Part shown: piece by piece, positions 8,437-17,495 of the stretch
Position numbering within the stretch: the stretch's first letter is position 1
Layout of the letters: every line of letters begins with the position of its first letter
DNA from: a bacterium
GTDB taxonomy: Bacteria; Zhuqueibacterota; Zhuqueibacteria; Zhuqueibacterales; Zhuqueibacteraceae
Length of the DNA stretch: 21,742 nucleotides
NCBI GenBank assembly: GCA_044869275.1
Contig: JBIOXB010000123.1
Span: 1 to 21,742, forward strand
Direction: 5' to 3'
Translations under genes and position numbers: made by a program
Notes under the pieces: model-generated
What the model was told of the DNA's origin: nothing
The model's input: the letters and a program-made list of their open reading frames with translations, nothing else
Databases searched by the model: none

Positions 8437-9240
8437 ATGTTGCACCGCACGGCCTTCAAGCGTATGAAGCGCAGCATGAACATGGGAAAGATGTTGATCG
8501 CCCTCCTGGCACTCAGCGGGTTTGGCCTGCCCACCGCAAGCTGGTCACAAGACTCACCCTTGCCCAGCGAAGACACGGGAGCTTCCGCGAGAACGCAAAT
8601 CCTCAGCCGACCGACCGGCGCGATCGTATATTTCGACGGCGAATACGGGCTAGCCGGCCGCGCGCCCTATACCATTGGCCATCGTCTCAAAGGCTATTAC
8701 AAGATTCGCGCGAAGAAATGGGGCTATGAAGATTGGACGGGCGAGTTTCTCTTTACCGGCAAAGGGAATGAGAAATTCTCGATCAAGTTGTCCTCCAAGA
8801 CGCGGGCCAAGGCGCTTTTGCGCTCCGCCTTGTTCCCGGGATGGGGGCAGGCCTATGCCGACCAAAAACTCAAAGGCGCCATCATCGCGACGGCGCAGTT
8901 GACCTCGCTGGGCATTTTCATTTACCACAGTGTCAAATACAACAACGTGCTCGACGACTATAACGCCGCTGCCAACGCCTTTCGGCGAGCCAACCCGGCA
9001 CAGGGTCGCGACGCGCTCGCCGCAGCATTAAGCGTCGCACAGTCGAATTTGGACAGCCGTTACGAAAAGCGCCGTCGCGCCGCTTTGATCGCGGGCACGG
9101 TGTACGTCTATAACCTGCTCGACGTGTTGCTCTTTTTTCCGAACTACCACCACAATGGTGTGACCGTGGACATGAATCTGGCTTTGCCCAACGATGCTGG
9201 AACCGAAGGAGCGATGATCAGCATTCAAACGCAGTTTTGA
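8437..9240 (+). CDS. Secreted PEGA-domain + DUF5683-like membrane protein
   Basis: Signal peptide; PEGA-like ILSRPTGAIVYFDG..G.YKIRAKKWGYEDW; KALLRSALFPGWGQAY and YVYNLLDV motifs with hydrophobic helices; terminal Phe; SD GGAGG. Confidence 0.7.
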   Translation: MLHRTAFKRMKRSMNMGKMLIALLALSGFGLPTASWSQDSPLPSEDTGASARTQILSRPTGAIVYFDGEYGLAGRAPYTIGHRLKGYYKIRAKKWGYEDWTGEFLFTGKGNEKFSIKLSSKTRAKALLRSALFPGWGQAYADQKLKGAIIATAQLTSLGIFIYHSVKYNNVLDDYNAAANAFRRANPAQGRDALAAALSVAQSNLDSRYEKRRRAALIAGTVYVYNLLDVLLFFPNYHHNGVTVDMNLALPNDAGTEGAMISIQTQF

Positions 9241-9388
9241 TTGCACGCGTCAAGTTTTAGGCATTGGAGACGAGCGTCATGCGTGCTACGTAAAGTGTGA
9301 CATTATTAATCACTTCCTTACCGGCTTGTCGGGGAGAAAAATTGACAAGAGAACTTCACGAAGCAAGGACAACGGAGTGTTGCAAGCC

Positions 9389-11257
9389 ATGAGAGTGTTA
9401 CACCCAACCCGCTGGCTGGCCGTGTTTGCCATTTTGCTTGCTGCGGCGCAATGGCAATGCACGAAAAAACCGACGTCGCCCGGTAACACCAATCGGGATC
9501 TTCCCGGCCAGCCGTTTGGCTTGACGGTCTCGACCGGAGACCGGCAGATTGAATTGTCATGGTCGATTAACAATCCCGCCAAGGTGAGGAGCTATCGTAT
9601 TTATCGCCGCGACAACACCTCCGCCACCTTCTTTTACCTCGACTCTGCGCTGGTCACAAGGTATATCGACCGTAACGTGAGCAACACCGTGACTTATTCC
9701 TATCAGGTTGCTGCGGTTTCCCGCATCAGCGGTGCCGAGGGCTCGCCTTCAGTCACGGTTAGCGGCGTGCCCAATAACTATGCCATTCGCCTCGCCGGCG
9801 GCGCGGAGTTTACGGCGACCCAGGAGGTGGTGATCGAAATCAATGCCTCGACCACAGCCGCCTTTATGTTGATCGGCAATGATACTTCTTTCACCGGTAG
9901 CATTTGGCAGCCGTTTGCGGCTTCGATCCAATGGCTGTTGTCCAACGGCGATGGCCTGAAAACTGTTTATGCCAAATTCCGCGATAGCAGCGGCAATGAG
10001 ACCCGCACGCGCTCGAGCGACGCTATTACCCTCGATACCATCGCCCTGATTCAAAGCGTGACGGAGAACACGGGTGGCGCCGACAAGCGCAATGGCGACG
10101 TCATTCACTTCACGCTCCGGGCCGGCGAGCCGAATGGTAAAGCCGCGGTGACGGTGGATGGTATCGCGGAGGCCATTGCTTTGTTTGATGACGGCCGGGT
10201 GGGCGATGGTTCGGCTAATGACGGTGTGTATGAAGCTGATTATCTTATTGGAGATAACGTCGAACTGACGCAAGCGCTGGTGCACGGCAACTTCACCGAT
10301 CGCGTCAACAACGTTGCGCCTACTAAGGACGCGACGGGAAAAATTTCGATCATCAAAGCGCCGGCGAGTGTGACGCTGTTCGCGCCCACCTTGGTCGGAA
10401 GCCAGCAAGACGCCCTACGGTTGAGCTGGAGCGCCTCGGCCGAGGTCGATTTCGCGAACTACAGCATTTATCGCAGCACCACGGCCAACTTCATGCCGCT
10501 GCCGGCCGCATTACTGGATCGCGTAACTGCGAAGCAAACGACGAATTACACCGACAGCAATGTGCAGGAAACCGTGACATACTATTATCGCATACTGGTG
10601 TTTGATGCGGGCGGCCTGGTAAGCCCTTCGAGCAATGAAGTCTCGGGCCGCATCGCCATAAATCCGCCGCCCACGCCGGTGGTGTTGTCGGCGCCGCAAT
10701 CCGGACCGGACCCCGGCCGGCAAGTGCTGCTGGCCTGGTCGCAGAATGTGGATGACGATTTTGCCGGTTACCGCATTTTGCGCACGACCTCTCTGCCGAT
10801 GGATTCGAGCATTGCGCCACTGGCCTTCATCACCAGCGACAAGGTGACGACTTATGCCGATAATACTGCCAGTCCGAATACGACGTATTACTATCGCGTG
10901 ATCGTCTTCGATCAAGTCGGCAAAAGCTCGGGCAGCAATATTGCAACTTTTGCCACCGCGGCCGATACGCCGCCCCAGAAGGTGAGCTTGTCTGTGCCAA
11001 GTCTGATCGATACCAGAGAGTTTCACCTAACCTGGTCAAAAAACAATGAAGCGGACTTTGCTTCGTATCGCTTGTATCGCTCGAAGATACCCGGGGCTGA
11101 TGAGACACTGATCGCCATCTTAAACAACCCCGACGATACTGAGCATGACGATCCCGGCTTGGAAGACCATACTACTTATTACTATCGGCTTTTCGTTTAT
11201 GATCAAGCGGGTTTGGTTAGCCCTCCCAGTAATGAAGTGATGGGCACGACGCCTTGA
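9389..11257 (+). CDS. Fibronectin type III repeat (probable lipo)protein with choice-of-anchor-X-like motif
   Basis: Hydrophobic leader ending AAAQWQC. Four FN3-like units (L.W....DF..Y.IYRS....Y.D......TYYYR..V.D..G..S..SN). GDGLKTVYAKFRD spacer and LFDDGRVGDGSANDGVY motif. GGAG SD before ATG 9389. Confidence 0.8.
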   Translation: MRVLHPTRWLAVFAILLAAAQWQCTKKPTSPGNTNRDLPGQPFGLTVSTGDRQIELSWSINNPAKVRSYRIYRRDNTSATFFYLDSALVTRYIDRNVSNTVTYSYQVAAVSRISGAEGSPSVTVSGVPNNYAIRLAGGAEFTATQEVVIEINASTTAAFMLIGNDTSFTGSIWQPFAASIQWLLSNGDGLKTVYAKFRDSSGNETRTRSSDAITLDTIALIQSVTENTGGADKRNGDVIHFTLRAGEPNGKAAVTVDGIAEAIALFDDGRVGDGSANDGVYEADYLIGDNVELTQALVHGNFTDRVNNVAPTKDATGKISIIKAPASVTLFAPTLVGSQQDALRLSWSASAEVDFANYSIYRSTTANFMPLPAALLDRVTAKQTTNYTDSNVQETVTYYYRILVFDAGGLVSPSSNEVSGRIAINPPPTPVVLSAPQSGPDPGRQVLLAWSQNVDDDFAGYRILRTTSLPMDSSIAPLAFITSDKVTTYADNTASPNTTYYYRVIVFDQVGKSSGSNIATFATAADTPPQKVSLSVPSLIDTREFHLTWSKNNEADFASYRLYRSKIPGADETLIAILNNPDDTEHDDPGLEDHTTYYYRLFVYDQAGLVSPPSNEVMGTTP

Positions 11258-11378
11258 TGCGGGAATTCATGAAGTAAGGGAAATCTTTCCGAGGCGCGGT
11301 TATGGGTCACGCAGGAGAAAAAAACCTCTCTCGCAGGGCCGCGACAATAAATTGTGTTTCGATGGAGCGAAAAGACTC

Positions 11379-12425
11379 ATGTTGAAAACTATCACCTCGT
11401 TTATCGTGATCGTGTTGGCGTTGGGCCTGGTCAGGCCCGCCACGGCGCAAGAATACAAGCTCGACAAGGGCGATATGATCACGGTCACTTTTTGGCAGCA
11501 ACCCGATCTCAACACGCAGATGAAAATCGATGCCGAAGGCAAGATCGATTTGCCCTTGGCCGGACGAATACCCGCCGCGGGCATGACGGTGGAGCAGCTC
11601 AGCGCGCGCATCGTGCAAAAGATAGCGATTTACAACAACAAGATCACCCAGGCTTCCGTGACGGTGAACGAATACGGCAGCCGGAGGATTTTTGTGACCG
11701 GCGCAGTGAACGCGCCGGGAAAATACTCGTTTGAAAGAATTCCCACGGTGTGGGAAGCGATTCTCGAGGCTGGCGGCCCGCAGCCCACGGCGCAATTGAG
11801 CGCGGTGCAGATTCTGCGCGGCGGCGCTCAAGGCCAGGTCATTGAAGTTGATTTGAGCGCGGCCTTCGCCGGCGGCGACATGAGCCGCCTGCCCAGGCTG
11901 CAGCCCGGCGACAACGTCAACGTTCCTGCTGCGGCCGGGGCGACGGGCGTGGGCGGAGGAAGCGTGGGCGCCAGCATGATCACTTCAAAAAATGCCGTTT
12001 ATGTTTTCGGTTACGTCGCCGTGCCGGGGGTTTATCTTTTGGAGAAGGACATGGATGTTCTGCAAGCGGTGGTGAGAGCCGGCGGCCCGATCCTGCAATT
12101 GAGCGGCGGTGGCAGCAGCAATCGACCCGCACGCGAAGCAGATTTGCGCAAAGTCAAAATCATCACGCGCGGCCCCGAGGCGCCGGTGGTTTACACGGTG
12201 AATATTGAGACTTACACCAAGCACGCCGTGCCCGTGCCCTTGACCCTGCGGCCGGGTGATACGATTTACATTCCCGGTAGGGACAATTATGGCCGCTTCG
12301 TCATCGGCGCCGCGGTGGGCGACATCTTGAAGGCTTCGATTTCGGTGATTACGACGTACATCATTCTCAATGAAATATTCAACAACAACGGCAACAACGG
12401 TAACAGTAACAACAGCGGTAACTGA
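11379..12425 (+). CDS. wza: Polysaccharide export protein (OPX/Wza-like; Poly_export + SLBB)
   Basis: YKLDKGDMITVTFW, IDAEGKIDLPLAGRIPAAGMT, FVTGAVNAPGKY, LQPGDNV, LRPGDTIYIP; signal peptide ending ATA-Q; C-terminal hydrophobic helix. Confidence 0.9.
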   Translation: MLKTITSFIVIVLALGLVRPATAQEYKLDKGDMITVTFWQQPDLNTQMKIDAEGKIDLPLAGRIPAAGMTVEQLSARIVQKIAIYNNKITQASVTVNEYGSRRIFVTGAVNAPGKYSFERIPTVWEAILEAGGPQPTAQLSAVQILRGGAQGQVIEVDLSAAFAGGDMSRLPRLQPGDNVNVPAAAGATGVGGGSVGASMITSKNAVYVFGYVAVPGVYLLEKDMDVLQAVVRAGGPILQLSGGGSSNRPAREADLRKVKIITRGPEAPVVYTVNIETYTKHAVPVPLTLRPGDTIYIPGRDNYGRFVIGAAVGDILKASISVITTYIILNEIFNNNGNNGNSNNSGN

Positions 12426-12483
12426 GCGGACCAGCGCGCCAACTCGCACCCGGATTTTTTCTCGCATGCGGAAGGAGGGAACC

Positions 12484-12585
12484 ATGCGAATCCGGCGGTT
12501 GACGGGCCACGGCGAGCCAGCAGTCCTCTCGGACAACGCGGTGATTGCGGAACGATTTTCATTTATCTCAAGACGACTACCATGA
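12484..12585 (+). CDS. Putative 33-aa leader/coupling ORF
   Basis: Strong SD AAGGAGG, ATG 12484, MRIRRLTGHGEPAVLSDNAVIAERFSFISRRLP. Its TGA overlaps the wzc ATG (ATGA). Confidence 0.45.
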   Translation: MRIRRLTGHGEPAVLSDNAVIAERFSFISRRLP

Positions 12586-14162
12586 AACCAGGCGGAAAAA
12601 TTGATTTGCGCAGCATTTTGCAAGTCTGCCTGCGCAGAAAGTGGTTTTTGATCATCCCCCCGATTGTGGCCATTCTGGGTGCGTACTATCGCATCTCGAC
12701 CATGGATCCGGTGTTCAAATCGACCACGACCATTGTCATCGACCAGGATCGTGAATTGTTGAAGGACATGGAAACGTTATTGCCCGAAGGCAATACCAAG
12801 AAACTCGCGAAAATGAAGGACATGGCCGAAGACATCACGAAACAACTGCTGGCCAAGGCCACGCTCGGCGAGGTCATTGATCGTGTCGGCCTCAAGCCTA
12901 GTGGCGGCATGCGCGAAGAAGCCAAAAAAATGAAGCTGGATAATCCGACCGCCGATGATGCGGCACTCTTGCGCGGCCTGCAAATCGAATGGCTGGCGGG
13001 ACGGCTGTTTGAGAACATCATTTTCCCCAAGCGCGGAAATTACGTCGAGATTTCCTTCGTTCACCGCGATCCGCAAATCGCGTATCAAGTGGTTAAAACG
13101 TTGGGGGACGTTTTTATCGAAAACGCCTTGAAAACGGAAAGCCAGGACGTCGAGCCTTCGCAGGAATTCAGCGAAGAGAAAAAGCGCGAGTTTGAACAAA
13201 AATATGAGGCAGCGCGCGCGCGCGTGGAAGCGTTCAGCACGCAACTAGCGCGGGAAGGCTCGCGCACTTCCATGGTCAACGCTGCGAATCAAGCGAGCGT
13301 CAATTCGCAAATCAATTCACTGAATGTAGATATAACCAGACAGCAGCAACTGGTGCAGGAGCTGGGGGCACGGGCTGGCGCCGCCACCGCACGCCTCAAT
13401 TTTTCCGAATATGGCAACGGCGCGGTGCTGCAAAGCCAGATGCAGGAGAAAGCCCGACGTTTGGCCGCTTTGATGGTGAGCTTTACCTGGAAAGATGCAG
13501 AGGTTATCAAAGTCAATCAGGATTTGGCAGCGCTGCGCGAGCAATATCGCGCCGAAGTTGCCAAAGCCGCCGCCGACAGCGATCCGGGCGGGGACGCCGA
13601 TCTCATCGTGCAGAATCAATTGGCCATGTTGGATTTGCAGTTGTTGAACCTCCAACGCGGGGTCTTGGAAGGTTATATCTCGGAATATCAGCGCGGCATT
13701 ACTTTCGCGCCCGCCAAGCAGAGCCAGCTGGAAGCGCTCGAAAAAGAGATGAGGCAATATGAACAGTTGCTCGCCGCATTTCAGGGACAGGCGCGCGGCT
13801 TGAGCCTCAAAAAAGAGCTGCGCCAGAAGGACGCGCAAACGCGCTATCGCATTCTCGATCCGGCAAACCTGCCGGTCACGCCCATGACCGACGATCAGGA
13901 CAAAATCATGTTGATCGCCGTCTTCGGCGGATTGGGATTCGGCATCGGCGCCGTCTATATGCTGGAGTTTTTCGATCATTCATTCAAGTCGGTGGAAGAT
14001 GTCGAAACCTATCTGGGCGTCACGGTCTTGGGCGCGATTCCGCGCATCCAAACCGTAAGCGGCGTCCCCAAGCCCAAAAGCCCGCTCGCGTTGTCGATTT
14101 TGGCCGTATCCATCGTGGCCGTGCTGGTGCTGGCTTTTGTTCTGATGAAACAAATGCTGTAA
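12582..14162 (+). CDS. Polysaccharide co-polymerase / chain-length determinant (Wzc/GumC-like, kinase domain absent)
   Basis: IDLRSILQVCLRRKWFLII + TM, coiled-coil periplasmic region, RILDPANLPVTP, TM2, EFFDHSFKSVEDVETYLGVTVLGAIP; extra C-terminal hydrophobic helix. Confidence 0.9.
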   Translation: MKPGGKIDLRSILQVCLRRKWFLIIPPIVAILGAYYRISTMDPVFKSTTTIVIDQDRELLKDMETLLPEGNTKKLAKMKDMAEDITKQLLAKATLGEVIDRVGLKPSGGMREEAKKMKLDNPTADDAALLRGLQIEWLAGRLFENIIFPKRGNYVEISFVHRDPQIAYQVVKTLGDVFIENALKTESQDVEPSQEFSEEKKREFEQKYEAARARVEAFSTQLAREGSRTSMVNAANQASVNSQINSLNVDITRQQQLVQELGARAGAATARLNFSEYGNGAVLQSQMQEKARRLAALMVSFTWKDAEVIKVNQDLAALREQYRAEVAKAAADSDPGGDADLIVQNQLAMLDLQLLNLQRGVLEGYISEYQRGITFAPAKQSQLEALEKEMRQYEQLLAAFQGQARGLSLKKELRQKDAQTRYRILDPANLPVTPMTDDQDKIMLIAVFGGLGFGIGAVYMLEFFDHSFKSVEDVETYLGVTVLGAIPRIQTVSGVPKPKSPLALSILAVSIVAVLVLAFVLMKQML

Positions 14163-14200
14163 AAAAAATAGCCAGACCTTTGTTTGGCGTTGTTTTGTTT
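14161..14200 (+). terminator. Possible intrinsic terminator inside the EPS locus
   Basis: A-tract, then stem GCCAGAC-CTTT-GTTTGGC (7 bp with one G.U), then GTTGTTTTGTTT. The stem is weak. Confidence 0.35.
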
Positions 14201-14214
14201 GCCGAGCGCAGTAT

Positions 14215-16104
14215 GTGTTTGATGCAAATTCTTCAACCGGAAGGATCAAAGTCTTGAGTAGCCCGCGACGATTGGTTGAGGCAGTAGAGGTCACAGACAG
14301 CGGCGTTCACGTCGTGCGCCTCATGCGAATTTTCGATGCGGCGAGTGTGACCGAATTCGAGAAAGTGCTCGCCTATTTAGTGGCGCGGGGGCACTTCAGG
14401 CTCGTGGTCGAGCTCGCCAACGTGGAGTTTGTCGCCTCCGCAGGCTGGGGCGCCCTGACCGCAGAGTTTCGCCGCGTGCGCGACAACGGCGGCGATATCC
14501 GTCTGGCCGGCATGAACCCCGAGGTCCTGGATGTCTTTTTCCTGCTGGAACTCGACAGTTTCATGAATGCCTACGACACGCTCGATGAGGCGCTGGGTTC
14601 TTTCGAAGTCGACCAGCCGCATGCCCGCGTGCAGCCGGTTCAGCCAAAACCTCCCCTGCCTTCGGAACCGGTGCCTGCGCGCGAAATTGCCGCGGCCGAA
14701 GCTGAAAGCTTTGTGTCGCAGCAGACTGCGACGGCGGCACCAGACGCCAAAAAAGAAGCAAAGAAAAAGAAGAAAGAGCGCGCTCCCAAGCCGGCCGCCA
14801 ACGACACCGCGCCAGATCCGGCGGCTGCTCCTGAAGCCGTGGAACGTCGAGATCGTGCAGTGCGCTCACCCGTGGTGCTCGGCATGGAAAATGCAGCATC
14901 ACTTCAAACTGGCACAGCGGCCGCCGTTTCCAGCGAACCCAATCGGGCTGCATCCGCAATCGAAGACGGGCCCGTGGCCGTGGAATTCGAGGTCGATGAG
15001 GCAAACGGTGCATACGAACAAGCTCCCGAGCTTCCCCTGAACAAACCTGTCCCTTCAAAAAAGAAACCGCAAACGAAGGGCCACCGGCGGAAAAACAAAC
15101 CCGCCAAACCTTCTCCAACGCGAGCGGCAAAAGCGCCGGCCGATTTGGAGCCGCCTTCGGTAAAATTACTTGAGCGGAGCCACGACGAGACCGCGCCGCC
15201 TTTAACTTTGCGTGCTGCCAAACCAGGGAAGGATGCAGCCCAGTTCAAGGAAGATCGTAAGAGCGCCGCACCCGGTTCGTTCGCAGCGCAGCAAGAGCCG
15301 GTGCACGATGATTTTGAGATGCAAGATATTCACGATCCCTGGCTGATCGACGAAATCGATACCCTGCCGGAAGAATTTGAAATGGAAGAAGGGGACTGGC
15401 AAGGTCGCGCGGCACTTGAGCTGGAGCACAATGTTTCGTTCGAGGAGGAGACCCCGCCGCTGGAGCACACGCGACCGACGTACAGAAATGAACCCTTCCG
15501 TCCACCGCTTCATACCGAACGCGGGAAAGGGACGCGTCGCATGGCTTTGCCTGCAGCAAAAGCCGGGTCCGATGATCTTTCAGCCAGGTCCAAAGCGTTA
15601 GGGCCAGCGCCGGTGCCAAAGAAAGCTGCGGCGAAGAAAGCCTCTGCTCGGAAGAAAAAACATTCATCGCAAAAGCGTGCTCTTGCCGCTCCGCCTGTTG
15701 TAGAGACCACGCCTGTCGCCTTCCCGGCAATGGAAGAGTTGCCGATGACACTGCCGGAAGAACCTTCCGGACAAGTGGCCGCCGCAGCGCACGAAATTCC
15801 CACTGCGCCGCCGCAGCCACTGCAAAAAAGCGCGACCATTATTAAAGTCTCGTCAGAGGACGATTATATCGCATTGGTGCGGCAAATCGTGAAAGAGCAT
15901 CCGCACTATGGCCCGACGATGATCGGCAAGTTTTTTGAAACCCGCGTCGATCCACCGGTGAAAGCCAGTCGCTCGACGGTTTATCGTTGGCTGCGCTTGG
16001 CAGGTCTCAGCACCCGCGACCAACGTTCGGGCTTCGCGGGGACGGCAGAGACGGCTGCCTCGGTCGCGACGATCGCCAAGGACAATGTTGCAACAGAAGC
16101 ATAA
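14215..16104 (+). CDS. STAS (anti-sigma-factor antagonist) domain + long disordered linker + C-terminal HTH
   Basis: STAS: RIFDAASVTEFEKVL..RLVVELANVEFVASAGWGAL..GGDIRLAGMNPEVLDVFFLLELD. About 400 aa of Pro/Ala/Lys/Glu-rich linker. C-terminal IVKEHPHYGPTMI..ASRSTVYRWLRLAGLSTRDQR. The GTG start is uncertain. Confidence 0.8.
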   Translation: MFDANSSTGRIKVLSSPRRLVEAVEVTDSGVHVVRLMRIFDAASVTEFEKVLAYLVARGHFRLVVELANVEFVASAGWGALTAEFRRVRDNGGDIRLAGMNPEVLDVFFLLELDSFMNAYDTLDEALGSFEVDQPHARVQPVQPKPPLPSEPVPAREIAAAEAESFVSQQTATAAPDAKKEAKKKKKERAPKPAANDTAPDPAAAPEAVERRDRAVRSPVVLGMENAASLQTGTAAAVSSEPNRAASAIEDGPVAVEFEVDEANGAYEQAPELPLNKPVPSKKKPQTKGHRRKNKPAKPSPTRAAKAPADLEPPSVKLLERSHDETAPPLTLRAAKPGKDAAQFKEDRKSAAPGSFAAQQEPVHDDFEMQDIHDPWLIDEIDTLPEEFEMEEGDWQGRAALELEHNVSFEEETPPLEHTRPTYRNEPFRPPLHTERGKGTRRMALPAAKAGSDDLSARSKALGPAPVPKKAAAKKASARKKKHSSQKRALAAPPVVETTPVAFPAMEELPMTLPEEPSGQVAAAAHEIPTAPPQPLQKSATIIKVSSEDDYIALVRQIVKEHPHYGPTMIGKFFETRVDPPVKASRSTVYRWLRLAGLSTRDQRSGFAGTAETAASVATIAKDNVATEA

Positions 16105-16241
16105 GGAAAAACACCTCGCCAAAGCGGCAAGCTGTTTTCGATTGTAGATCGGGACGTTACCACGTGAAAATCGTTTCCGGAGCAGGCGAAAAATTCACGG
16201 TTGGTATAAGGAATCTCTCAACCTCCGAATGAGTAGTGCGT

Positions 16242-17360
16242 ATGGCCGACTTTCTCTTCAATGATGTGATTCGCTCCTCCAAGAGCGAATTTTTTCTCAA
16301 AACTTCGACCAATGAAAATGACCGCCAGATCGTTTCCGCTTTTTTTCGCAACGGCACGTTGCTGGAAACCCGGAAGCGGGACTTCAATCCGGAATGGCCG
16401 GTTGAAAAGCTTCGCCTGCGCACGCGCCAGTTTCACGAGGAAAAGAAGAGCGAGATTCACATGCTGCTGCAGCTCTCCGAGCGCCTGCGTGATTCCGACC
16501 AAGCCGAGCTGAAGAGCCTGCTCGGCCAGGCGTTCGTGCGCCGTGGCATGTATGAAGAAGCCGTGATCGAATTCGAAGAAGCGATTGTGCTCAATCCCAA
16601 AATCTCAGTGGTGTACAACAATCTCGGCCGCGCCTACACGGCGTTGCATCGTTATGACGACGCCATTGCGGTGCTGGAACAAGCCATTGCCATGTCGCCG
16701 GGCTTCGCGGATTTTCACAATAATCTCGGCCTTGCCTATTTGCGCAAGGAGTATTGCCGCAAAGCGGTCGACCAGTTCTTGCGAGCCGCCGATGCCAATC
16801 CTTACTATGCCGACGCGTATTACAATCTCGCGCTGGCCTACCTGCTCAACACCGTAACCAAGGAAGACTTCGCGCTGTCGGTGAATTCTCTGCAGAAGAT
16901 TTTTGACAATCTCGAAAAAGCGATCAAGATCAATCCCGCCTATCGCAGCGACGAAGAGGCGCATGGCGAGGAGCTGCTCAAGCGCAAGAAATATGAAGAA
17001 GCCTACAAGGCGCTGGAATCGGGCGCGGGCAAAATTGCCAAGCCGACGGACGTTTCTTTCATCATGGATTTTTATCTGCGCGCCATCTACAACAGCAAAA
17101 AGCTCACGAGCCGGCAGATTTGGCGGCACATCCGGCAATTGCAGGAATTCATCGAGAAGTATCCAAATTATGCCGACTTGTACAATCATTTGGGCGTGGC
17201 CTATGTGATCCTGAGCAAGTACGTCAACAACAAGGCAATCCAGCATTTCGATAAAGCGATCCAGCACAATCCGGCCTTCGAGCGCGCGAAACGCAACAAG
17301 CGTTTGGCGGAGTATGACAATAAAGGCATGCAGTTGCTGTTCGACGCGATTCTAAAATAA
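16242..17360 (+). CDS. Cytoplasmic tetratricopeptide-repeat protein
   Basis: Repeated A/D..NNLG.AY....Y..A...F..A....P units (LNPKISVVYNNLGRAY, PGFADFHNNLGLAY, PYYADAYYNLALAY, PNYADLYNHLGVAY); no signal peptide. Confidence 0.9.
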   Translation: MADFLFNDVIRSSKSEFFLKTSTNENDRQIVSAFFRNGTLLETRKRDFNPEWPVEKLRLRTRQFHEEKKSEIHMLLQLSERLRDSDQAELKSLLGQAFVRRGMYEEAVIEFEEAIVLNPKISVVYNNLGRAYTALHRYDDAIAVLEQAIAMSPGFADFHNNLGLAYLRKEYCRKAVDQFLRAADANPYYADAYYNLALAYLLNTVTKEDFALSVNSLQKIFDNLEKAIKINPAYRSDEEAHGEELLKRKKYEEAYKALESGAGKIAKPTDVSFIMDFYLRAIYNSKKLTSRQIWRHIRQLQEFIEKYPNYADLYNHLGVAYVILSKYVNNKAIQHFDKAIQHNPAFERAKRNKRLAEYDNKGMQLLFDAILK

Positions 17361-17495
17361 CCTGCACCACCTCACCCCTGTGAGCAAGCAGCGGCGGGCA
17401 CGCGCGCCACACGCCTCGTGAGACGCGTCGGGCCGGGCCCTCCGCGCGGCATAAGCCCATGGCCGCAGCTTGTTCATGTTGAGCACGAGAGACCC

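Noticed and set aside
8369..8467. 32-aa ORF with ATGA overlap onto an internal Met of the PEGA gene
   Set aside because: The PEGA gene has its own GGAGG SD before ATG 8437, so coupling is unnecessary; probably chance.
9293..9315. CRP/FNR-like palindrome AAGTGTGACATTATTAATCACTT
   Set aside because: Half-site spacing does not fit TGTGA-N6-TCACA; cannot be assigned without comparative data.
11275..11345. Faint resemblance to a c-di-GMP-I riboswitch upstream of wza
   Set aside because: Lacks the GGCAAA / GNRA stem / GACGCAAA core.
15860..16030. IS481/IS3 transposase remnant as a mobile element
   Set aside because: No DDE domain or inverted repeats, and the segment is in frame with STAS; treated as a fused domain instead.
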